NCBI GenBank assembly: GCA_039621445.1 | Contig: CP154954.1 | Span: 25,990,954 to 26,054,953 of the forward strand | DNA from: Euglena gracilis | Taxonomy: Eukaryota | Reading direction: 5' to 3' | Length of the DNA stretch: 64,000 nucleotides | Shown here: one piece after another, positions 21,001 to 33,099 of the stretch | How the letters are laid out: each line of letters starts with the position of its first letter | How positions within the stretch are numbered: the stretch's first letter is position 1 | Position numbers and translations under genes: made by a program | The notes under the pieces: generated by a model | What the model was told of the DNA's origin: nothing | What the model saw: the letters and a program-made list of their open reading frames with translations, nothing else | Databases searched by the model: none

Positions 21001-23693
21001 GTGACATTTCGCTTTTTAAACAAAATATCTAGAAACTGCTACCAAGCATGCCACAAAATGTGGGAGATGATTCACTGAGTGGTCTCGGAAGAGTTTGAGG
21101 TGAAAAGCGGTATTCACATCATGTCTAAGCAGGGTGAAATAAGGGGAACCTCCTGGTAGGAACTGCGGTGTATTTGCGTGCTTTCGGCTGATCTTGCCCA
21201 ACCTGGGACACGTAGTGTCACCCTCGCAACCAAGAAATCTACACACACAAAGCATATTTGTCTGGTATACACACATATTTGGGCTTTCTGCGTGTTTTTT
21301 GGGGTACTCACCAACCACTTTTCCACACGCCTCTTTGACATGGGATATCCCCCGTTATAAAAACCCCAGATCCCATCCCCGTTCTGGCACGGAATTTACT
21401 TTCCCCCAATCACATGCGGACTCGCATGGTCCGAGCCTCTTTCTTGCTTTTTGAAACACAGAAAGCCGGGCCCCTATTGGTTAAAGGGCAGGTTGGTTCG
21501 TTCAAACCCGTATCCGTTTGAGGTGAAAAATTTCAACCTCCGTTACCACCCGGAAATGGTCTACAGAACATTCTAGGTGCTTCACACCATCTCAGATTTA
21601 CCTTCCAAAGAATTATTCCACCGGGAACCGAAATATTCGATCCGCAAACGTCACACAAGGGACAGCCGGACCCCGACAATGCGGCCCCAGGAAATGGCAC
21701 AGTCTCGAGGGGTCACCCCTTCCCTTTCCCTCCGGCAGGGTGGAGAAAATGTTTATTTTGTTATGACCCCTTTTCTCCTGGTCGACTCGTTCCAGCAGGA
21801 TTTGCGAGCACAATGCTGCACATGTGGAGTGACTTGCCATTTGTGCCTTCGGACTCGTTGGGGAGCAAAAAATTGACAGAATTACTCAAGCCCAAAGGGT
21901 TGTGGCCCAGAAGTTTCCCACGATGAGTGGGCCTTTCGGGCATCTATAGAGTGGGGACGACATCCCCTGCCGTTTGGAGGGTAAAAAAGGCAGGCGGAAT
22001 GGTTTTTTAAAAAATAAGGACCAGCCCGACACCTCGTGCCACGAACTTTGCCATTCTGAGGCCATTGCTTGCTCGCCAGCGGTGCTGCTTGGATTGCATG
22101 GGGATATGAAGCGCGACGGGGCAAGCGTATGAAAACTGTACGGTGGAGATTCAAGGAAAAGATTTCAAAGCGTTCCTTAGGAAGGTTTGCGACAAGAAGG
22201 ACACACATTCGATTAAATTGTTATCATTGGAGAGGAGGATATTTCGTAACATGCCAAGGGCAAGTTGCTTATCCCTCTATGAATTAGTTATTGGACGAAT
22301 CGTGCTATTGGCCAGTCTTCTTCCTCCCATTCCTCTGGAAGCGAAAGAAGCGACAAAATGTTGCAAAATAGTCTCCGTGTTGGGTCAAAAGGTGCTGAAA
22401 AATTAACCGGCACTCACTTGCAACGTTTTGAGGCTTTAAGCTCTCAAAGCGCCTAAAAAAACAACTCTCTAATCTGGGCAAAAGGTTTGGTGTTTGCGTC
22501 CACTGACTTTGCAAGCAAGCTTGAATCTTCGTTGGTTGGGACCTTGTTCGGTTAAAACCTGCGTCTGCTGCAAGGTTCATACCAGATTAAGGTGACACCT
22601 GGTGTGCACATCACACAATGTAAAATACAGGTTGAAGACTAACTCTTTTGATACCGCTACCTTTCAATTTTTACCCAAGCCAAACCGAGAACATGGCACT
22701 ACCCCCGGTGAGTGTGCACTGACAATGACAATTTCTTGTGGAACGGAAGGGTTGGGTTGATTATGATAACGCTTGGTAACCCAAAAACCCCACCTCCCTA
22801 ATAGAAGCAAGGGTGCGCTTATAGCGGACTGAAGCCTCTTGCGGCGTGGGGTGCGCTTTTATTTGGACCCTTCCCCGATATTTGTTTATTTCCTTAGAAA
22901 TACCATCAAAATGAGGGGTGCTCGTGTGGTGGACCTCCGCCTTGGACAGCGAGGGGTGCGATTTTATTTAGTCTCTGCGCTTGTGGCTGCAACGCGCTTC
23001 GAACCGGGAGGGGTGCGGGTTTATGGCGTTCTTTACATCGTTACGCCCGAGAACCATCTGTTGCACCAAGGAGCTAAATTTCAAAACCGACCTCGTGGCT
23101 TATTCAGAAAAAGAATTCAGCAAGGTTTTGTTTGAGAAACCAAGGTTTTCTCCATTTATCAGTGTGTATTGAGTTTCTCAAGGCGCCCAATTTTGAGGTG
23201 AATCGTTCCCCTGTTTGCGTGTTTCTTTTCTTTTCAATCTTTTGGTTTTTGATATCCGTCTGCAGGGGGTACAGTTCGAGAAACAGGCGAGTGCGTTCAG
23301 CAAAAGGTTCGGGTGGTTACACGAAGACTTTGAATGGAGGGAGAAAAAGTTGTGCAACAAAATAAAACGGTAAACCACAAAAGTATGAGAAAATACAGCA
23401 AAAGATTACATATTTTCTCATTGCTACATTAATCAGGGAAGGCAGCACATTTAAAAGAACAAGCACAACCCCCCCCCCCTGGTGTACACGCAAAGCGACC
23501 TTGCATTTGCATTTGCAAGCTGACAAACGACCCGGTAGTGCCCACGAGAAAGATGAAAATTTTAGAAGATGACAAGGTGGCCATCATTCTTCAGGGTTAT
23601 TGATGACATTACAAGTAAACTTCGGGGTGCTGAGCGGCGACGCACGTACTTCAAGAACTTCCAGGTAAAGAATCGAGATGATACGGGAGGTTA

Positions 23694-23998
23694 TGTATCA
23701 GGCGTATGCTCTCTGCCCTTCCAATGAGGAAGTAGGCATGAGAGCGGATCCTATTAGGATCTTCTCACTCTCTCCTTCTGTCTCCACAGGTGGTATTCTT
23801 TTATACTCCGCATTTTGCCCTTCTTCCTCGGACTTATTACAGTCCATTATCCTTTCCCCCTCTTCTCTGTGTGCTTTGCTTCTCGGGGAAGTTGGGAAAA
23901 GGGTTTTTCTGTTACTAATATTTTCAGTTTCCTAAGTAGGTGCAACAAGGCGAAAGCGAAGGCGTTTCGGCAATTGGGAATTTGGAATAAGACGTACA
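23694..23998 (+). repeat. 5' LTR of element A
   Basis: TGTATC...GACGTACA; aligns end to end with 39475-39777. Confidence 0.85.
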
Positions 23999-24000
23999 CT

Positions 24001-24010
24001 TGGTAGCAGA
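24001..24010 (+). promoter_or_regulatory. Primer-binding site (tRNA-iMet type)
   Basis: TGGTAGCAGA, 2 nt after the LTR. Confidence 0.75.
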
Positions 24011-24563
24011 TTAGCCGACGATCATACACGTACAGCAGGTACAGAAAGAAAGGCTATCAAGTATTACACTTGGTAGCGCATTGGATCGATCCTACGCTGA
24101 ATGGCAGCGAAGGGCCCCTGCACCGTTATTACACAGTTGCAGCGTCAGCTCCCGGCTTCTAGTCAACGTCTAACCAGACGAGCAGGCCCCGGAAGTCTCT
24201 GTACGGTATTGCCCGTTACAGCCCTCTGGTGCCAGCACAACTGTTTATTTTTGTCGGTTTTTGCTGTTTTTGCCATCGAAAAGACGCAAAGCACAGGCCT
24301 CAACACTCCATTCAACTATGATTTACTACAAGCATAATTGCAATCAATTCACCAAGAAACAGGGGATTGGAAGATATTATGTGAAAGTGCTTCTCGTTCC
24401 CACGCCGACGAGACACAATTGGTTCAATTGTCAAGATTGCAAACAATTGTGCTCATTGACAGTGGTCCGCGATGAGCCCTCCACATCACTGGCATCAGCG
24501 GCCAATGCGGCCTCTTCCGCACTCACCTTGCCACAACGGGGGTGTTCGCCTCTGTCTGCGACA

Positions 24564-27500
24564 ATGGTGCAGCTGCTCACACCGGAGAGACACGTGGTGA
24601 TTCCTCCACGGGGCTTCTCTGGTGATGGTGGGCTGGAAACCCTGTGTTTTTTTCAACCACCACCCGCTGTTCCACCGGCAAACCCTTACAGAGCTTATCC
24701 ACCAACACCCGAGCATGGGTGTTATCCCGCACTACCTTGGCATCCGGAGATCGCCTAGTGGTACCGGAATTCTCTGGTGCATCCCAAACCATGGATGGCC
24801 AGGGCAAGGGCACTGGGCGCTGAGGATGTGCAGGATATCGTTGCTCGGCTTCCAGGGGATCACCCCCTTGTGAGGCAGTTCAACCAAGTGCAACAACGTG
24901 TTGCAGATTGTGCAACCGCACTGAACAAAAGTGCTCCAGTTTAATAAGGACAACCAGAAACACGTCTTTACCAGCTGGAATACTGCTGGAATTACTTTCA
25001 GGAAGTTGGCATATGCTGTCAGCAGATTTTCGAAAGTGCAGGTATTGACCTTGCAAACTTTCGGGAAACTTCTGACGAAATGTGTCAACAACTCCCGCAA
25101 AACTTCCAGCAAATTAGTGAATGCATGCATGAAGCGGAAACGCGGAATGACTCACGTTTCTGCACTTGCACGACACACTACAGCAATTATCGTGACAAAT
25201 GCAATCCTGTTCATCCATGTTGTTGCATTTGCAACAACAGCGGCATACACGAGATTCCTCGTCTGTAACAACCAGCATTGGTGGATTTGTGCCTATTGAC
25301 CATTTCACTAATCCGGGAACGCAGACCTGCAGGCATGGACTGCATTTCCGTTACTTTGGTGGACACCGAGGCATACCAGGTCCGGAGTTCCGCAATAGCT
25401 GTTTGAATACAGCTAATGTCCGGAACTCGTGGGTAAGTGCAGAATAGCTTTGTTGCAAGCCAACAATGACCAAATTATTCCTGCCAATGTCGAATTGTAA
25501 CTGTAATTGCAGGGAATCCTGTCATTGTGCTACGACCGCTACTTTTGAACTCAGAAAATAAATATTCCAACCCGATTCGCGTCACAATAGCAGGTTTTCT
25601 GCTCCACACAGGAACGTCGCCCCACCGACTGCCGCACATACGTGTGGGGAGCAAAATTCTCGTTGGCGTATGACTGGAATTGCCGAAAATTTCCCTTTGT
25701 TCGCACAACTGCATAATGCGGTGTTGCGATTCATGGAAAGTCAGAGTGTTTTATGACAAAATGCTTTGAAAACCTTTCAAGGTTTCTGCAACACCCTATT
25801 ACGACTTCAGGAATCGGTGAATCGGAATGCTGGATCCACGCAAGGTGAGATTACCAGGTTTGATGACCAAACTTACGAGCTGTCGGATAAACCACGACTG
25901 GAAAAGTTTCCCGTGGGTACCACAACCGCGTTTCCTGATAACCCTGCACCGATTGCACCAGACCAGCCAAGGTAACACCACCTCTGCAGATTCTCTCAAA
26001 CGCTGTAAAATCATTAACGGGACAACTCCAAATATTGGATGAGTCTCAGGGAAACTTGTACAAGATGTCACCGGAATTTCCGAAAGGATTCAGCATTTGG
26101 AAGATTTCTCCCGTTACCGCAGGCGTATTCACGCTTTGGAGCAAGAGACTGACCGTATTTGCGGCCACCTCCAGCCTGTTGAGCATTTGAAACAAAGTGT
26201 GCATGACTTGTCTGTGAGTGTGGACAATTTGTCCAACCAACAGCGGGTTTCACACCGCATTCCGGCAGTATACTTTGCCAAATATGTGCCAAATGTATCA
26301 GAGTGGCGTTACCAAAACCCGACTCCAGGTGAACATGCACAACCACCACCAGCGTCAGTGTGTCGCAATCCGCGATTACGCGAATTGTGCAACCGTTGTC
26401 CTTGCCCACACCACAATCCCAGTTTTCGGGTAACTTTACCATGACGGGAACAAAATTCTCGGAAAACACGGCGATTCCGACGAGTCTCCAGCAAGAAATA
26501 CAACATTTCATGCTTGTGCGTGGAATGAGCCAAACCCATCCGCTGGGACTGGGTCACATGTCGCCTGCGCGACATACCCCCACACCGGAGAGTCCCCGTA
26601 CTACTGGTGACCAACAGGGTTTGCGACCGGATCTCAGGTACCATGAATCACCTTCACCAGAAATTTCGCCACTCCGACAAGAATCCGGGAGAGATACGTT
26701 CGGTGTTCGAGCGTATCCGGGACCAAACCACTGAATACAACCGAGGGTCAACGGGTTCCTCAGAAAGACATCAAGGGCACCATCGCAATCGCGAACAAGG
26801 TGAAACCCCAATGGGACGGAGATCCACCCATATGGAGACAGTTTTTCCGGGACTGGGAGTATTACTGGGCATTGAAAGGACCAACCCAGGACACAAACCC
26901 GGAGGTGATCAAGATGAAATTCATCGATTGCCTCCTAAGCGATGAGAAGGAGCGCGCACGACAACTTGTCATTCGCAACCGCAGTTCCTTTGACGACCTG
27001 GAGGAGCAATACGCTTCCAACAGTTCAAGTTTGGTCGCTAAGATTCCCCTAGAGACCAAGTGGCGGCAATGCGCCGCACCCGATCGCAAATGGAAGTCAA
27101 TTGACCTCTGGTATGCCAAATTGTTAGGACTTACCGCTGAAGTGGACGAACTGAGTGAAAAGCAAATGCGCGAACAGTTTAACGCTGTTCTAATGCATTT
27201 CACGCCCAGCCTCACAAAGGATATCCACCGTGAGGAGTTGGCGGGTCTTGCAATGAGCCTTGACCAACGCTGGAACTAAGTATCCAAAAAGTTGAAGGTA
27301 TCACAGCTTCTTTTTCAGATTCAAATCGCGTTTAACGCACATCCGACCGCTGGATTACCGGCTGGTTTGGTGAAAGAATTGCAGAAATCACCCGTTTCAC
27401 CCACTTCACCAACCACTGGAGCGAAAACGCGATATCCGCGTTCTTCTGACCAAGCCACGGAAAAAGTTTGCTTTTTGTGCAATAAATCGGGACTTACGTC

Positions 27501-27864
27501 TCGGGAATGCCCTAATCCGGATGCGCGAAAGCGTGTTCAGTGTCTGCGGGGCTCGGCCTTGTCACGGGGTTCGGGTTCCTCCGCATTTTCAAGCCAAATG
27601 GGCAATTCACGGTCATTGGGTCCCAGTTCTGGCGGTGTAGCCCCCTGTTCTCGTTCCGCGATGAGCGCAGCCACGGTACCCCTCGATGTTGGTACCCCGC
27701 GGTGCCCCAGCCAAGAAGCGGGATTCCTATTGCGAGACATCGCGATCGCGTTCGCGAAGCAGATCACCCTCTTCGCGATCCTCATCAGGAAAATCCCATA
27801 CACCCGTGATGGTCGACGGGATACCCGCTCACCACGACGGTTTGAAGGGAAATGGGGAAACTGA
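24564..27864 (+). pseudogene. gag: gag of element A (frameshifted)
   Basis: WDGDPPIWRQFFRDWEYYW capsid-like segment at 26800-27279; decayed zinc knuckle CFLCNKSGLTSREC near 27470; start approximate. Confidence 0.6.
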
Positions 27865-30202
27865 TCCCCCCGTTGCACAGAATCGCAACACAAATCCCTG
27901 CGTTCGCTTTGATGATCGAGTGATCACCACTCATCCTAGTGTCCAAGATCTCGTTCTCCCCGCCCTGGCCAACATCATCGCGGTATGAATCGCGGTGACA
28001 AGTGTCACTCCTCCAACCGCCATAAAGTTGGTTTCAAGACATCTTGTTTGGAGGATGACACCCCGGCTTGGGGCAGGGAGGAGGATGTAACCAGGGATAC
28101 GGATTTCGACGAAGCCCTGATGGCGGTGTGCACGTTGAAATCCGTCTATACCTCCAAAAAGCCCATAGCTGGCAACTCGGCCGTTTCGGACCGGGAGTAG
28201 GGGAACCCGAGGTCCAAGGCACGGAACTCTGGGCTGATGAACAGACGGAGGTAGGACTGGAACCCTCAACAAAAAGCACATACTTTTTGAACGCGGATAA
28301 TACCGTCCGCACATCGCGATAATGCACGTCCAGGATATCCTTGCCCGATTTCGCAGATGGCGGTTGGTTTCCCGCCAGTACACAATCGATGTACACCAGA
28401 GCAAACGGTAAATCGCGCAAAACCCACTGGATCATGCGTTGAAACATGGCTGGGCCATTCTGAACACCCATGGGGAGTTAAGTCCATTGGTACACACCCT
28501 TGGATGTCACGAATGCAGTTTTCGGTTGTGAATCAGGATGCAAATGCATCTGATGAAAACCGTCTTCCAGAACAAAGATCGACTACAATCCGTTATCCTA
28601 TTTTCTGGTTATCAACTCTTCGATCAGAGGAAACGGGAAGGGTTCATCCTTAAATTATGAGTTCAGGTACCGGTAATCCAGAACCTGCCTCCACTTCTTC
28701 TGACCAGACTGTTGAGGGGTTTGGGCACCACAAAAGCCTGTGATGTCACTCGCTCTTGGAAGGGTCGCGATTTTCGTGGTGTACTGGATAACCCAGTTTA
28801 CGCCTGCGAACATCGACCCCGCGATTCGCGGTCCCTTCGGTGTTTTCAAAATTGAGCTCAAGGATGGTGCTAAGCCCATGCACCGGAAACTGTTCAGTTT
28901 TTCAGGTGAACGCAAACAAGCTCTCAACCAGATGCTTGAGAAGCTCATATGTGGCCTTGGGGTGTTGACCAGCACTCTCAATGACTGCAGAAATTTGTGT
29001 TGAGGGTTTGGTTGTATCCCCATTGGTACCAAGGGATCTTGGCACACGCAAATCGGACATTCGGAATGTGTCAAAGAAACAAACACAAAAAAATATTTTT
29101 TCTTAATGGGTGGTAATAATATGTCACAAAAATCAGCAGGTAAATCCCACCAACGAAAACACACATAGGACAAATTTGGAAGCCAATCCGTATTCGGATT
29201 GACGGGTATGAGGAGAGCTCCTCGCGCTTCATCGCGGAAATTTTTCCCCAATACAACCAGGATGAGTTTTGGGGGAGGGTGCATCCAAAGCACCCTAACG
29301 CCCCAAAATTTAATAAATGCGTTGGTGTGTCGGGGCAATATAGCGAGAAGCGCACATGCGCTTTTGATGAAAACGCATCAATTTCCAACGACAAATCGAA
29401 AAAATCTAATCCGAGTTTTTGGAGAACCATTCCTCAAAAAAAAACGGTATTAACCAAAATGTAATTTGTTCCATACGTACATTACGTATGTGTCGACCTG
29501 GTTCGCGGGCTGAAGAGCGATAACACAATTCAGGGATCCGCAAACATAGGTCAAGGTTGTGTCATCCACACTGCAAAGGGGAAATCCCAAGGGTTGATGG
29601 GTTGTCTGAGTGCCTTCCCGGTCCACATTGTGCCAGATGGAGGTGGGGGAGGTGTGTGACATGGATTTCGCGCTCCCAAACAGCAATGCAATACCTCGTT
29701 GCTGTAGCACTTGATGTAACGTCGCGCATTGCGAGGCGCAATCAAGTGTGTGGGTGGGCGAAAACATGACTAGTGTTGGTGTTTGGAATAAAGATTAGAA
29801 TTAATAAATTCTTCGACACACTAGAAGGATTAATTAATTTTAATATTAAGAAAAATTAATTATTCGACACATTAGAAGGAAGTGTCGGAGTAGTGGTCCG
29901 GGTCGCGCATGTTGGTCTGGTGGGGGTGTGTGTAAAAGTTGGGACGCGCTTCTGTAGCTGCTGGGGGGTGTAAAGATGTATCTGAAAGCGACACATCTGG
30001 TGGAAAACTGTTTACGTTGGTTGTCACCACCCGCCGTTGGACGGCCACGGGGCAGCTCATACTACTTGCCGTGGCTCGTCCTCAGGCAGGGAACTGCGCA
30101 CATGGTCCGGCCAACCAGTGTCTCGTCCATTTGCGCAATTGCGCGCGCCGAACGATCCCCGCGGTATGCCCTCTGCCCGTAGGGATCCTTCAGGACTCAC
30201 AC

Positions 30203-30275
30203 GGCGGGACCTGGGTCTCGAACCCACGACCTCCCGCGTGTGAGCCCAGCACCTTACCGAATAAGCTACTCGAGC
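30203..30275 (-). ncRNA. tRNA-derived (Val-CAC-like) Pol III promoter segment in the TRIM 3' LTR
   Basis: GCTCGAGTAGCTTATTCGGTAAGGTGCTGGGCTCACACGCGGGAGGTCGTGGGTTCGAGACCCAGGTCCCGCC. A-box TAGCTTATTCGG, CTCACAC loop and B-box GGTTCGAGACC at tRNA spacing. Acceptor and anticodon stems are broken. Confidence 0.7.
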
Positions 30276-30893
30276 GATACTCGGCTTGGTACTACGCGCC
30301 GGCTACCAACCTCCGTAGGATCTCCCGTCTGCCGCACACACTCCCCTCCCAAGAGCCTTACTACACTAGCCCACTGCGTCACTATGGCCGTTTGCCCCTG
30401 CAGCTCGGGTTATGCCTCACACGGCCCTAGTTGGCTGAGTGCTTCTCACGAGTACTGCGTCACCAGGCTGCCGACCCCTGCAGCTCGGGTTTGCTATTGC
30501 CGGCAGTTTACGTGTTGTCGACTTCAACGGGCTCTGCCGCCTTGGAGCGTCCCCCTTTGCATCGGCTTGAGACTTTGGAACGGTGTAGGAGTTTCAGTCG
30601 CCCTAGACTCGGCGCGTCCGCCTCCGCCTTCCGGGCGCCGTGGGGTCAGGCTCTGATTTACCGGTTCGTGTTGCATTAGACGGGTTCCCCTGCTACGATG
30701 TTTACGTTGGTTGTCACCACCCGCCGTTGGACGGCCACGGGGCAGCTCATATTACTTGCCGTGGCTCGTCCTCAGGCGGGGAACTGCGCACATGGTCCGG
30801 CCAACCAGTGTCTCGTCCATTTGCGCAATTGCGCGCGCCGAACGATCCCCGCGGTATGCCCTCTGCCTGTACGGGATCGTTCAGGACTCACAC

Positions 30894-30966
30894 GGCAGGA
30901 CCTGGGTCTCGAACCCACGACCTCCCGCGTGTGAGCCCAGCACCTTACCGAATAAGCTACTCGAGC
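30894..30966 (-). ncRNA. tRNA-derived Pol III promoter segment in the TRIM 5' LTR
   Basis: Second copy of 30203-30275, differing by one substitution. Confidence 0.7.
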
Positions 30967-31628
30967 GATACTCGGCTTGGTACTACGCGCCGGCTACCAA
31001 CCTCCGTAGGATCTCCCGTCTGCCGCGCACAAAAACCTGGTATTGGTGCTGCTGGGCGACTACGCGACACCGTACCTACTTCAGGCCTTCGGGATTTCGA
31101 CTTGAAACCCAGTGGAACGAGGGGGACACCGCTGCTCGCTTACCCTGCCTCATGGGGTACGGTAGTTGGTGTAACAATGGGCATGGGGGTAACTTTCTCG
31201 GTCCACCGGGTGTAGAAAACGTTTGTAGGTATAGTTGGTAACGGGGAAAATCTTTTTGGAAAACGGTATAGAAACGGTATGGTCGTCGCGGTTGACGCCA
31301 CAGGTGATGAGAGTTTGTGGGGCAACGAACAGAATGGTGATGTGCGCAACCCATGGGAGTGCCAATCCACTACCAGCCGGTGCTGACATAAAAAGGGGTA
31401 TCCCAGAATTACTTCAGAACCATGGATTCCGGATTTATATCCCCATGTATCTGGAAAAATTTGCGGGTGGGGGGGCTGTGTGTGGTGCTTTGGGAGGAGG
31501 GATAGGACAATGTCCAAAAGGCATCCCAACTCACCACTACACATGGTGGTGATTCCCACTGACACTGGTTGTCGCACTGCACTGCTTTTTAGGTTTGGCT
31601 TCATATCGACCCTCCTCTTGACGGCTGG

Positions 31629-32400
31629 CACCTGTTCCGCGAAATTATTAATTTTTGCGGACGCATCCTGAGCAACGGGCAGCGTAAAGCCGCACCAAGC
31701 TATATGGAGGCAATTAAGAAATGTATTCGTGAGGTCATTAAGACTTTATCGCTTTTAAACGCATCCTTGGGATCAGCCCAATATTACGCGAGTTACATGC
31801 AACGCTTCACAAAAAATGGGATACCCCTAACCCGAAAGCTCAAATATCTGACACCCGATAACTCAAAAGTCATTTGGGATGACCAAATGTGCAAGGCCTT
31901 GAACAAAATTAACGTCTTGCTACTCGAGAACGTGGTTCTTGATACCGCGGATCCATACAAACCTTATGTCCTGGAAGTCGACAGCAGCGATTACCCTTTG
32001 GCGGGGTTCTCAGCCACCATAACGCGGCAAATGAGCTCCGACATGTGGCTTTCCTCAGGAGTAAGCTACCGGGCGACAACGGGAAAGGGCAGGTTAAATG
32101 GAACATCCCCGAAAACGAGACATATGTCATTGCGCTTATACTCCAGAAATTGTGCAGCTGGATAGCCAGCAGCTTGGTCCAGACACTCGTGTTGACGGAC
32201 CATGAGAGCCTTTAACACTGGAATAACGAGGACCTGAACAAGGCCATGTCATCAGTAGGCAGAAAATGTCCATGGCATGAGTTATTGAGCCAGTTTAACC
32301 TGGTGGTTTTTTATCCCCCGGGTCACATGCAAAAAGTTGCGGATCCCCCTGGTATTACCCTTGGAACCCGGATGATGGTGATGTCATTTTTCATGGCAGT
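31629..32400 (+). pseudogene. pol: RT C-terminus and RNase H of element A
   Basis: HLFREIINFCGRILSNGQRKAAP...DPYKPYVLEVDSSDY...LTDHES...WHELLSQFNLVVFYPPG..QKVAD. Confidence 0.75.
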
Positions 32401-32615
32401 CATGAGACTGACCAGTTCGCACGTACATACGAAGCAGAGGAAAACATGCTCGATTCACTACCCGTTTCCCGTGTATATCTCAGCATCGCCATTTCACCAT
32501 TGTGTGGAATTCGCCGGCGTGGCCGCACTGCCTGACCACGTCGCAATACGCGTACGAGACTCCTACCCCCCTGTTTTTCTCGAGAACGGGATTATTCGCG
32601 TGGTACCATTGTGAA

Positions 32616-33075
32616 TAAACCCCCCAACAAATAAGACCCAGGTCTTATTTTTTGGGTCTGTTGCTGGAAGCCTCCAGGGGGGGTCTTATTTTTGGGGGGG
32701 GGTCCTTTTTTTCAATTTTTTCTTGACCGACCCGGGTCCGAAAAAAACACCATTTCTCAGGTTCCCAAGAGGACTAAAATTTTTCCTTCGGCGCTTCGCG
32801 CATGTGAAAATTGGTGTAAATTGACATTTACCATGTTTTTTGCAGTTCCAAAATACAAAAAGATTTGAAATTTCATCATTTTTGTGTATGAAACTGGGTT
32901 TTTTGGTCATTTTTCAGGGGAAATTTTCACCGTCCCCGGCGCTTCGCGCCGTAAAGGGGGGTCTTATTTATGGGGGTGGTCGTATTTTTGGAATTTTGCT
33001 CGATCGGCCCAGGGGGGGTCTTATTTTTGGGGGGGTCTTATTTGGGGGGGGGGTCTTTTTTTGGTGGGGGGTTTA
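32616..33075. mobile_element. MITE with TA ends (Tc1/mariner-pogo-like) inserted in pol of element A
   Basis: TAAACCCCCCAACAAATAAGACCC is an inverted repeat of GGGTCTTTTTTTGGTGGGGGGTTTA; internal GGGGGTCTTATTT repeats. Confidence 0.75.
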
Positions 33076-33099
33076 GTCTGCGTAATGTTGAATCCAGAG

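Larger units (their letters stand above)
30009..31031 (-). mobile_element. TRIM (terminal-repeat retrotransposon in miniature) with tRNA-derived LTRs
   Basis: LTRs 30009-30340 and 30699-31031 (TG...CA; 6 substitutions and 1 indel by my count). 5-bp TSD AAAAC at 30004-30008 and 31032-31036. PBS-like TCGTAGCAGGGG (30687-30698, -). PPT GGGAGGGGAG (30341-30350, -). 358-bp interior with no recognisable protein. Confidence 0.9.
28260..31628 (-). pseudogene. pol: Inverted pol segment of element A: protease, Dam-like MTase, RT core
   Basis: Minus strand: CLLD..VILGYPFL (AP, ~31350-31540); IDAFSS..LWMHPPP..LLIP..W (MTase, ~29100-29430); KKWRQVLDYRYLN and MGVQNGPAMFQRM..VYID (RT, 28265-28735). A small RT N-terminal piece (~28780-28950) is on the + strand. 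Confidence 0.75.

Noticed and set aside
30203-30275. Functional tRNA-Val gene
   Set aside because: The acceptor and anticodon stems do not pair, and the segment is duplicated as part of an LTR, so it is treated as a tRNA-derived promoter.
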